Assembly (NCBI GenBank): GCA_049317705.1
Contig: JBMOHT010000001.1
Span: 1,267 to 65,266 of the forward strand
DNA length: 64,000 nt
Source of the DNA: Bacteroidota bacterium
Lineage (GTDB): Bacteria; Bacteroidota; Ignavibacteria; UBA10030; UBA8401
Direction: 5' to 3'
In this document: piece after piece, positions 27,862 to 36,199 of the stretch
How positions within the stretch are numbered: the first letter of the stretch is position 1
Layout of the letters: each line of letters starts with the position of its first letter
Translations under genes and position numbers: made by a program
The notes under the pieces: model-generated
Told to the model about the DNA's origin: nothing
The model's input: the letters and a program-made list of their open reading frames with translations, nothing else
Database searches by the model: none

Positions 27862-28599
27862 TTAATGGTTAATTCCTATGACAGCATACATTCTACCGGA
27901 CTGTTTTCCATCCCTTCGATATGAATGATACAATCGATCATGAATTGAACAGTCCGAATGCACTTCAATATTGGAATTTGGGACTCCACTATCAAGGAGC
28001 TGGAGCACATTTGCATGTTTGACATCAAGCAGATATTTCCCATCCGCTCGGAGTGAATACGAACCGGGATCGAATTGTGATGCAACTTCCCATCCTACTT
28101 CGTAGCAGCATTTTCCTGCGGAAGGACCAATGAATGCGATAAGATCTTCTGCATTTGTTCCGTATTCCGCAGATAATCGTTCGACCATTCGGGGAACGAT
28201 CCTTCCTGCCGTACCCCGCCAGCCGGCATGGATCCCGGCAGCAACCTTCAAGACAGGATCATACAGAATAACCGGGGTACAATCTGCGATACTGATGGCA
28301 AGAAATACATTCTTCACATTGGTGCACAGAGCATCACATGTTTCATTGTTCCCCGGACCGGAGACCTTGAGGATATCCACTGTATGCTGCTGGCGTGTGA
28401 ATGCAACATCCTGTTCGGAAATTCCGAGTGCAGAAAAGAACAATGTCCTGTTGGCTTTGACATTCTCCGGAGTATCCTCAACATGAAAGCTGAGATTCAA
28501 TCCCATGGTCCCGGGACTGACACCGCCGCTGTTCGTGCTCATTCCGAACAAAACCTCAGGATAAGCAGAAAGTAATTTTGAACGGACGATCTCCATCAA
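27862..28599 (-). CDS. pgeF: Peptidoglycan editing factor PgeF (YfiH/DUF152 family)
   Basis: 245 aa. Contains IADCTPVILYD, HAGWRGT and CCYEVG. Confidence 0.88.
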   Translation of the reverse strand: MMEIVRSKLLSAYPEVLFGMSTNSGGVSPGTMGLNLSFHVEDTPENVKANRTLFFSALGISEQDVAFTRQQHTVDILKVSGPGNNETCDALCTNVKNVFLAISIADCTPVILYDPVLKVAAGIHAGWRGTAGRIVPRMVERLSAEYGTNAEDLIAFIGPSAGKCCYEVGWEVASQFDPGSYSLRADGKYLLDVKHANVLQLLDSGVPNSNIEVHSDCSIHDRLYHSYRRDGKQSGRMYAVIGINH

Positions 28600-29888
28600 T
28601 ACATCATCAACTTTCCATGATTGTAGATGCCCACTGCTTTTCCTTTTAGAACGCGGCCGTTGAACGGAGAATTCTTCGATTTTGATCTGAATTTACTGAT
28701 ATCGACGGTCCACTGAATTGATGGATCAATGAATGTGAGATTGGCCATTTCCCCACTCTTTACACTGATCTGCTGTCCGACGATCGCGCGCGGATTGGAA
28801 GAGAATTTTTCCACCATTTGATTCATTGTAAGAATATTCTTTTCCACCAATTCTGAGATCGTTAATCCGATGGCAGTTTCGAGGCCAACGATACCGAACG
28901 GCGCCTGAATATAATCCACTTCCTTTTCGTCCAACGAATGAGGGGCATGGTCCGTTGCGATCACATCGATCGTGCCGTCCTTCAGTCCCTCTTTGATCGC
29001 ATCAACATCCTTTTGTGTGCGGAGCGGCGGATTCATCTTCGTGTTTGTATCGTACGACCTGACGAGATCATCGGTAACGGTAAAATGGTGCGGGGTCACT
29101 TCACAGGTCACTTTGACCCCTTTTTTCTTTCCTTGACGGACGAGATCAACAGCAACTGCCGTACTCATGTGACAAACATGGTAACGGGAATCAGTGTATT
29201 CCGCAAGCAAAAGATCCCGCGCGATCATGATCTCCTCCGCGACACCGGGAATGCCCGGGAGTCCCAACTCTGTTGAGACCTGTCCTTCATTCATCACACC
29301 TCCGTGTGCGAGTTCGGGAATTTCGCAGTGCTGCATCACCGGCACATTGTACATGTTCGCATATTCCAATGCACGGCGCATGATCTTCGCATCGAAGACC
29401 GGGGCACCGTCATCGCTCAGACCGACGGCGCCGGCATGGACGAGTTCAGCGATCGGTGCAAGTGTCTTTCCCTGGCGCGCTTTGCTGACGGATGCGATCG
29501 GAAAGACATCAACGATACCGCCGTGCACTTTTTTTCCCTGAGTTTTGATGAATGTTACGATGGATTCATCATCGATAGCCGGGTTCGTATTCGGCATGCA
29601 GCACACTGCGGTGAATCCGCCATACGCAGCGGACAACGTGCCGGTCTCGATCGTTTCTTTGTGCTCATATCCGGGTTCTCTGAGATGGACATGGATATCA
29701 ATGAAACCCGGTGCAATGATCTTTCCTTTCAGATCGATCACGGTCTGTTCTTTCGACGGAGCAATGGACGATTCGATCTTTTCTATCACTCCATCTACAA
29801 TGGAAATATCAACGATCTCATCACGGTTCACGGAAGGATCGATGAGTCTTCCGCCTTTCAATAGAATTCTTTCAGTCATAGTATTCAT
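28596..29888 (-). CDS. pyrC: Dihydroorotase PyrC
   Basis: 430 aa. Contains FIDIHVHLREPG and ATDHAPH. Confidence 0.9.
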   Translation of the reverse strand: MNTMTERILLKGGRLIDPSVNRDEIVDISIVDGVIEKIESSIAPSKEQTVIDLKGKIIAPGFIDIHVHLREPGYEHKETIETGTLSAAYGGFTAVCCMPNTNPAIDDESIVTFIKTQGKKVHGGIVDVFPIASVSKARQGKTLAPIAELVHAGAVGLSDDGAPVFDAKIMRRALEYANMYNVPVMQHCEIPELAHGGVMNEGQVSTELGLPGIPGVAEEIMIARDLLLAEYTDSRYHVCHMSTAVAVDLVRQGKKKGVKVTCEVTPHHFTVTDDLVRSYDTNTKMNPPLRTQKDVDAIKEGLKDGTIDVIATDHAPHSLDEKEVDYIQAPFGIVGLETAIGLTISELVEKNILTMNQMVEKFSSNPRAIVGQQISVKSGEMANLTFIDPSIQWTVDISKFRSKSKNSPFNGRVLKGKAVGIYNHGKLMMY

Positions 29889-29894
29889 TCCTCA

Positions 29895-30815
29895 TTATTC
29901 GGATGCACCGAGTAAGTACAGCACCGCCATACGGATGGCAACACCGTTCAATACCTGTTCAAGGATGACGGAATGCGGACCATCCGCAACGTCGGCTGAG
30001 AGTTCAACATCGCGGTTGATAGGACCGGGATGCAGAATGGTGATCGGTCTTCCGGCTCTGTCCAACCGCTCTTTCGTCACACCAAAATATCGGTGGAATT
30101 CACGAAGTGACGGAAAATAGCCGCCGGCTTCGCGCTCCATTTGGATCCTGAGGACATTCAACGCATCGACCTTTGGAAGGATATCATCGATGTGATGATA
30201 CACATCCACGCCGAGTTTTTCGATCTCGCGCGGGATGAGTGTTGCAGGACCGCAGACTGATACTTTTGCGCCCATCGTCTGGAGTCCGAAAATGTTGGAA
30301 CGCGCTACCCGGCTGTGAAGCACATCGCCGACGATACAGATATGGAGTCCGTCGAGTTTTCCGAACTTCTCACGGAGAGTGAACATATCGAGCAATCCCT
30401 GCGTGGGATGTTCATGCTGTCCGTCCCCTGCATTGATGATGTTCGCATTGATCACTTTCGAGAGGAAATCCGCTGTTCCGGCAGCATTGTGCCGGATGAC
30501 CACCATATCGATCTTCATTGCCTCGATGTTACGTGCGGTATCTTTCAGCGTTTCTCCTTTTGTCACGCTTGATGATGCGGCAGCGAAGCTCAGAACATCG
30601 GCTGAGAGGCGGCGTTCGGCAAGTTCGAAGGATGTGCGTGTTCTGGTGGAATTCTCGAAGAACAGATTAACGATCGTTTTTCCCTGAAGTGTCGGGACCT
30701 TCTTGATGGGACGATTGAGGATCTCCTTGAACGAGATCGCTGCATCCAGGATCTGTGTAATGTCGTTTTGCGGCATTCCCTGAAGCCGCAAGAGGTGTCT
30801 GCTGGAAAGTGCCAT
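29895..30815 (-). CDS. pyrB: Aspartate carbamoyltransferase catalytic subunit PyrB
   Basis: 306 aa. Contains FFENSTRTRTSFE, HPTQGLLD and HPGP. Confidence 0.95.
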   Translation of the reverse strand: MALSSRHLLRLQGMPQNDITQILDAAISFKEILNRPIKKVPTLQGKTIVNLFFENSTRTRTSFELAERRLSADVLSFAAASSSVTKGETLKDTARNIEAMKIDMVVIRHNAAGTADFLSKVINANIINAGDGQHEHPTQGLLDMFTLREKFGKLDGLHICIVGDVLHSRVARSNIFGLQTMGAKVSVCGPATLIPREIEKLGVDVYHHIDDILPKVDALNVLRIQMEREAGGYFPSLREFHRYFGVTKERLDRAGRPITILHPGPINRDVELSADVADGPHSVILEQVLNGVAIRMAVLYLLGASE

Positions 30816-31363
30816 TATTCTTTCCCTCCTTCCGTTTCATACAGATATACGGCATCTTCACTGTCGATCTCCGCCATCATCACCTGGATCTGCTGAGTAT
30901 AGGATGTGGGGATATTCTTACCGACAAAATCCGCTTTGATCGGTATCTGGCGGTGACCGCGGTCCACCATTACGGCAAGCTGCACGCTGGCAGGACGGCC
31001 GATGTCCATCAGAGCATTCAGCGCCGAACGGACGGTCCTGCCGGTGAACAGGACATCATCCACGAGGATGATATTCTTATTGGTAATATCATACAGGATA
31101 TCGGTGGTTTTCAATTGCGGTTGGTTGAGCTTGCCGCGCAGGTCATCGCGGTATAGAGTGATATCCAAGCTTCCGATGGGGATCTGGACATTCTCCATTT
31201 GTGAGATCTTTTGAGCGATACGGTGAGCGAGATAGTCGCCGCGTGTGCGGATACCGACAATGCCGATGGTCTCGGCACCTTTGTTGCGTTCAATGATCTC
31301 GTGGGAAAGACGGTTAACAGTGCGGACAAAACCTTTTGGATCGATAACGTTCTGTTTTACCAT
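30815..31363 (-). CDS. pyrR: Bifunctional pyr operon regulator/uracil phosphoribosyltransferase PyrR
   Basis: 182 aa. PRPP loop ILVDDVLFTGRTVRSAL. Confidence 0.9.
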   Translation of the reverse strand: MVKQNVIDPKGFVRTVNRLSHEIIERNKGAETIGIVGIRTRGDYLAHRIAQKISQMENVQIPIGSLDITLYRDDLRGKLNQPQLKTTDILYDITNKNIILVDDVLFTGRTVRSALNALMDIGRPASVQLAVMVDRGHRQIPIKADFVGKNIPTSYTQQIQVMMAEIDSEDAVYLYETEGGKE

Positions 31364-31428
31364 ACAAAAAAACCTCCGGTTCTCTTGGATAATGCGAGAA
31401 GGAGGTCGATGTGTGCAGAGTACTTCAT
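31357..31428 (-). CDS. Possible 23-codon pyr leader ORF
   Basis: My own reading. AAGGAG lies 5 nt upstream of an AUG that opens MKYSAHIDLLLALSKRTGGFFVW. The ORF spans the terminator, and its UAA stop overlaps the pyrR start (AUGGUAA). There is no homology evidence. Confidence 0.3.
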   Translation of the reverse strand: MKYSAHIDLLLALSKRTGGFFVW

Positions 31429-31468
31429 ACGTGCTCCTTTCCTACCTCTCAGGATAGAATTAAAGGAA
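31364..31468 (-). promoter_or_regulatory. PyrR-binding attenuator: binding stem-loop, antiterminator and intrinsic terminator
   Basis: The minus-strand RNA reads CCUUUAAUUCUAUCCUGAGAGGUAGGAAAGG; the Bacillus PyrR loop is UCCAGAGAGGCU. The terminator is CCUCCUUCUC-loop-GAGAA-CC-GGAGG plus U7, ending 2 nt before the pyrR AUG. AAGGAG can alternatively pair with CUCCUU. Confidence 0.7.
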
Positions 31469-31518
31469 ATAGTGGATTAATACTTATTGAAAATAAGGAT
31501 ATTACGAATGTGAATCAA

Positions 31519-32898
31519 CTAATTTGCCTGAAGCTGACGAGCCCAATTCTCGTCATGAAGCTCACTGCGGTGCGTAGAATGCAATAAGATGTAATCCGAG
31601 AATCCGGTCCTGTCACCAAAAATGAACACGACTCCGCCCTGGATAGAATTATAGGTCCAAATCTCATACGGTTTTTTATCCAGTTCATTGGCATGCCGTT
31701 CGACATCATCCGGTGCACCATAGAGGATATACACACGGCCGCGGTCGGTCTTCCATCCTTCACGGAACCCTGTCTTATACTGCTGATTCGCATATGCTAC
31801 ACGTTTGAAATAATCGGTCTTCTGTTCATTCTCCGGTGTGGAGAGATCCTCATCGCGGCTCTTCCAGAACTCAAAGAGTGCTTTTCTCTTCGCTTCAACT
31901 GTGCTGTATTTTTTATACTGATCGATCTCACTCTTCGATGCAAAATACCGTGATTGTTCGAATTCTTTATCGAGCTCCTGCTCACCCATGGTGGCATATT
32001 CCGTCGCATCGACCGCATTATGCGCCGAAGTGAATGTGGTATCATTCGGCAGCGAAGGATTGTACACAAAGAATTTCTTCCCGGTAAAATATTGTTTCTT
32101 ATCGACAGAATCCGTGATGAAATAATTGAATGTATAGACACCGGTACGCAGAGTATTCACTTTGATCATACCGACCTCAACATTCGAATCATTCACTCTC
32201 CGTTTCGCCTTCTCGTGGTTGATCACTTCCTTGCCTACAGCATTGGTGATGATGGCTTTGGTATAATAATAATCCGATTGATTCTTTTTGAGATTATAGG
32301 CTTCAAGATAGTAGAACAGAACCGGCTGCTGGAGTCCGAACATTCTTGAAGGATTCGGTTTCACCTCGAACGTGTTCTTATAGAAACGGTTCGTTGTATC
32401 ACGTTCTATCTGACTGATGGACGACGCAAGTTCAACATCGCTCATTGCGATGGCCGATGAGTTCACCAATTTCACATCCAGGAGCACCGAAACACTGTCC
32501 TTTATTGCATCGTTGTTGACATCCTTGACAACGATGTACGCACGGTAGACATCCGGCTTTAAATAGAATCCGAAGAGATCATTATAGGAGCGGGAATTCT
32601 GCAGCATCGTCGTATCGGTAACACTGAATGGAATACGCCATGCCTGACGGGCGACGATCGAATCATCCGCTGAGCGCTTGAATGTGACACTGGCGACCAC
32701 TTCACTCTGCAGTTCGTTGCTCTTACTGACGAATTTCAGGAGTGATACATCGAAACCGTAATAGATCTCGATATACACATGTTCCTCATCTCCGCGGAAG
32801 CGGGCAATATCATACTGCACTTTGAAATCATTGCGCTGCTGAGCGAACAGGATGCCAACAGTAACAAGCAGGAGGAATGTCTTAAGGGCCATTTTCAT
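31519..32898 (-). CDS. GWxTD-domain secreted protein
   Basis: 459 aa with a signal peptide. The C-terminal motif is REGWKTDRGRVYILYGAPDDVERH...PYEIWTY. Confidence 0.85.
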   Translation of the reverse strand: MKMALKTFLLLVTVGILFAQQRNDFKVQYDIARFRGDEEHVYIEIYYGFDVSLLKFVSKSNELQSEVVASVTFKRSADDSIVARQAWRIPFSVTDTTMLQNSRSYNDLFGFYLKPDVYRAYIVVKDVNNDAIKDSVSVLLDVKLVNSSAIAMSDVELASSISQIERDTTNRFYKNTFEVKPNPSRMFGLQQPVLFYYLEAYNLKKNQSDYYYTKAIITNAVGKEVINHEKAKRRVNDSNVEVGMIKVNTLRTGVYTFNYFITDSVDKKQYFTGKKFFVYNPSLPNDTTFTSAHNAVDATEYATMGEQELDKEFEQSRYFASKSEIDQYKKYSTVEAKRKALFEFWKSRDEDLSTPENEQKTDYFKRVAYANQQYKTGFREGWKTDRGRVYILYGAPDDVERHANELDKKPYEIWTYNSIQGGVVFIFGDRTGFSDYILLHSTHRSELHDENWARQLQAN

Positions 32899-32968
32899 AG
32901 GAACTCACAGTGAGATCAGAATAATCGGATAATTCGCTTACCAAATATACGGATTGTCGCAGAGATTG

Positions 32969-34270
32969 TCATTCATCTTTATCATCGACAAACATTGCAA
33001 GCACACCGGACAGGATCATTGAACCTCCGCCGAGCAGCAGCGCATTGATCGCTTCATTATTCAGGAAAGTATGCATGATAAATCCGAGCAGACCGGCAGC
33101 GGCGATCTGCGGTATAACGATAAAAAAGTTGAATATCCCCATATACACACCCATTTTTTTCGGAGGAAGAGCACCGGCAAGGATCGCGTACGGCATGGAA
33201 AGGATACTCGCCCAGGCAAGCCCGACACCGACCATTGAACCAAGCAGCATGGTCGGATCCTTGATGAAATAGAATGATGCAAGACTCAATCCACCGATCA
33301 CCAACGAGATCATATGCACAGCCCTTCTGCTGGTCTTCCGTGCGATCACCGGAAGAAGGAACGCGGCAAGAGCTGCGAAACCATTGTAGGCAGAGAATAA
33401 CACTCCTACCCAATCAGCTCCCTGATTATACAACGGTGACGTCGGATCGCTTGTTCCGTAGATATGTGATGTAACAGCACTCGTGGTATAGATCCACATA
33501 CAGAAAAGGGCGAACCACGAGAAGAACTGTACCACTGCAAGCTGACGCATGGTCTTCGGCATCTCTTTGAAACTGACCATGATATCTTTGACACCAGCGA
33601 AAAATCCGGCACTCTCTTTTTTCTCTTTCTCAAATAATTCCATATCGGCCGGAGGATATTCCTTCGTGCGGAACACTGTCCAACTGACCGCACCGAGGAA
33701 TGCTACGCCGCCTGCGTAGAATGAATAGACGACAGATGTCGGGATTTCCCCTGCCGCAGCACTATTACTGATACCGAACCAATTCGTAAAAATATACGGA
33801 AGGGATGAAGCAACGATGGCACCGATACCGATGAAGAAACTTTGGACGGCGAATCCTGTAGTGCGTTGTTCGGACGGAAGGATATCCGCTACCAGTGCGC
33901 GGAACGGTTCCATGGAGATATTGATCGAAGCATCCATCACCCAGAGCATGAACGCAGCGAACCAGAGATACGGTGAGTTCGGCATTACAAGAAGTGCGGC
34001 AGTTGCCAGAATCGCACCAACAAGAAAGAACGGACGTCGTCTTCCCAGTCTTCCCCACGTTCTGTCACTCATATACCCGATGATCGGCTGCACGATCAGA
34101 CCGGTCGTCGGTGCAGCGATCCAAAGGATGGGAATGTCATCAATGCTCGCACCGAGTGTTTCAAAGATCCTGCTGACATTGGCATTCTGCAATGCAAAGC
34201 CGAATTGGATCCCGAGGAAACCAAAACTCATGTTCCAGATCTGCCAGAAATTTAAACGGGGTTTTTCCAT
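32969..34270 (-). CDS. MFS sugar:cation symporter (SLC45/GPH-like, probable maltose/maltodextrin)
   Basis: 433 aa. Contains IQPIIGYMSDRTWGRLGRRRPFFLVG, typical of the sucrose/maltose-type GPH/SLC45 branch. Confidence 0.8.
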   Translation of the reverse strand: MEKPRLNFWQIWNMSFGFLGIQFGFALQNANVSRIFETLGASIDDIPILWIAAPTTGLIVQPIIGYMSDRTWGRLGRRRPFFLVGAILATAALLVMPNSPYLWFAAFMLWVMDASINISMEPFRALVADILPSEQRTTGFAVQSFFIGIGAIVASSLPYIFTNWFGISNSAAAGEIPTSVVYSFYAGGVAFLGAVSWTVFRTKEYPPADMELFEKEKKESAGFFAGVKDIMVSFKEMPKTMRQLAVVQFFSWFALFCMWIYTTSAVTSHIYGTSDPTSPLYNQGADWVGVLFSAYNGFAALAAFLLPVIARKTSRRAVHMISLVIGGLSLASFYFIKDPTMLLGSMVGVGLAWASILSMPYAILAGALPPKKMGVYMGIFNFFIVIPQIAAAGLLGFIMHTFLNNEAINALLLGGGSMILSGVLAMFVDDKDE

Positions 34271-34309
34271 GATGGTAAAAGGTATGGTATTGCAGTGGAC
34301 GGAATCGGA

Positions 34310-35152
34310 TCAGCCTTTGACACTGCCAAGGGTCAATCCAGATACAAGATATTTACTTAAAACGAGGAACAGAACAACGACCGGAACAGTGACCAGCATC
34401 GATGCCGCACCGTACAATCCCCACTCAGTACTCATATTCGATTCGAATGATTTCAATCCGATGGGAAGTGTCCACAATGCTGTATCTTGAAGTATCTGAG
34501 CAGCGACAACATATTCCGTCCAAGACGACATGAATGAGAAGAGCGCAGTGATCACGAGCGCCGGTGCAGCAAGCGGCAGAACGATCATATAGAAGGTCTG
34601 CATTTGACTGCAGCCGTCGATGCGGCCCGCTTCTTCAAGACTGGACGGGATCGTATCGTAGAATCCTTTCATCTGCCAGACACAGAACGGCAATGCCGTA
34701 GCGGAATACATGATCATGATTCCGAGATAACTGTTGATCAATCCGAGATTGACGAGCATGATGTACATCGGCAGCAGCAGCATCGTTGCAGGGAACATCT
34801 GAGTGACCAGCATGCTCTGCATCGCCGCTTTTTTCCCGACGAATTTATACCGGGAAAAGCCGTAGCCTGCGGTTGCAGCAAAGAAGACACCGGTCAGCGT
34901 TACCGAACAGGTGATGATAAGACTATTCAGCATCCAGTTCAGGAAATCGGTCTTTTTGAACAGGTTGATGTAGTTATTGATCGTCGCATTGTCCGGGATG
35001 ATCTCCAAAGATGTTGACAGCAATCTGTCTGCCGGACGTAATGAAACGGTCAGGACCTGAGATACTGGATAAATAGAAATAATGCAGAAGATGATCAGCA
35101 CGGCATACGATGCTGAGACCCTTATCAGTCTTTTAGTTTTGTTCCTGTTCAT
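34310..35152 (-). CDS. Carbohydrate ABC transporter permease (MalG-like)
   Basis: 280 aa. EAA loop LEEAGRIDGCSQMQTFYMIVLPLAAP. Confidence 0.85.
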   Translation of the reverse strand: MNRNKTKRLIRVSASYAVLIIFCIISIYPVSQVLTVSLRPADRLLSTSLEIIPDNATINNYINLFKKTDFLNWMLNSLIITCSVTLTGVFFAATAGYGFSRYKFVGKKAAMQSMLVTQMFPATMLLLPMYIMLVNLGLINSYLGIMIMYSATALPFCVWQMKGFYDTIPSSLEEAGRIDGCSQMQTFYMIVLPLAAPALVITALFSFMSSWTEYVVAAQILQDTALWTLPIGLKSFESNMSTEWGLYGAASMLVTVPVVVLFLVLSKYLVSGLTLGSVKG

Positions 35153-35173
35153 AATTTTCTTCTGATGGAATGA

Positions 35174-36070
35174 TTAATACACTGCTTCCGTTACTTTGGT
35201 CTTCCGCATGAATACAACACTGAAGACCAGCAGGATGAAGAAAATGATCATTGATAATGCGGCGCCATACCCATACCGATAGAAATTGAATGCCGCTTTG
35301 TAGACGAATGAAACGAGAATGTGCGTGCTGTCGGACGGTTCACCCGCGTTACTGACAAGCCAGATGATATTCAGATTGTTGAATGTCCAAATGGTTCCAA
35401 GAGTGATCGCCGGGACCATGACCGGTTTGATCAATGGGATAGTGATCGTCCGCAATTTGTGATACCACGTAGCTCCGTCGATCTCAGCGGCCTCATACAG
35501 ATCCTGCGGAATACTTTGTAGCGCACCGAGTGCGATCACCATCATGAACGGAAAACCAAGCCATACATTCGTGATGATCGCTGCAATGAACGCTTCCGTC
35601 GGTCCACGAAGCCATTCGACTGCCGGGAGACCTACTTTGCCGAGGATCTGATTGATGCTGCCGTATTCATAATTGAACATTCCGCGCCATGTCAGTGCAA
35701 CGATCAATTGCGGCACGGCCCAGGGAAGGACGAGGATCGTGCGGAAGATCCCTTTTCCGCGTATCTCTTTTTGATTCAAGATCAGAGCGAGAAATACACC
35801 AAGGACAACATGGAAGAACAGATTGACGACCGTCCAAATGACCGTCTTGATGAAGATGACATAGAAATCGGGCTGGGACGGTTCGGTGAATACTTTCACA
35901 TAGTTGCGGAATCCGACGATCTCCCAGTCCTTGATATGACGAAGATTCATATTCGATAAGGAGATGATCACATTGTAAACGAATGGATAGACCACAACAC
36001 CCAGCAGGATGATCATTGCCGGTGTGACCAGGAAGAAGATGAAAAGCTTTTGACGGAGTGACTGACTCAT
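35174..36070 (-). CDS. Carbohydrate ABC transporter permease (MalF-like)
   Basis: 298 aa. EAA loop YEAAEIDGATWYHKLRTITIPLIKP. Confidence 0.85.
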   Translation of the reverse strand: MSQSLRQKLFIFFLVTPAMIILLGVVVYPFVYNVIISLSNMNLRHIKDWEIVGFRNYVKVFTEPSQPDFYVIFIKTVIWTVVNLFFHVVLGVFLALILNQKEIRGKGIFRTILVLPWAVPQLIVALTWRGMFNYEYGSINQILGKVGLPAVEWLRGPTEAFIAAIITNVWLGFPFMMVIALGALQSIPQDLYEAAEIDGATWYHKLRTITIPLIKPVMVPAITLGTIWTFNNLNIIWLVSNAGEPSDSTHILVSFVYKAAFNFYRYGYGAALSMIIFFILLVFSVVFMRKTKVTEAVY

Positions 36071-36113
36071 AATTTTTTACTACTTATCTTGATACATCAC
36101 TATGGTTCGGCGC

Positions 36114-36158
36114 GTCCCGATTGTACAGCATCGGGACTTCCGCCAAAAAGATGGCGGA
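36114..36158 (-). promoter_or_regulatory. Two tandem GC-rich hairpins in the intercistronic region between the binding-protein gene and the permease genes
   Basis: Plus-strand coordinates: GTCCCGAT (36114-36121) pairs with ATCGGGAC (36130-36137), and TCCGCCA (36139-36145) pairs with TGGCGGA (36152-36158). No long T-run follows. Confidence 0.6.
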
Positions 36159-36199
36159 CAAGTGCTCACCATGACTATCTATTTATTTCGTAACTTGAG

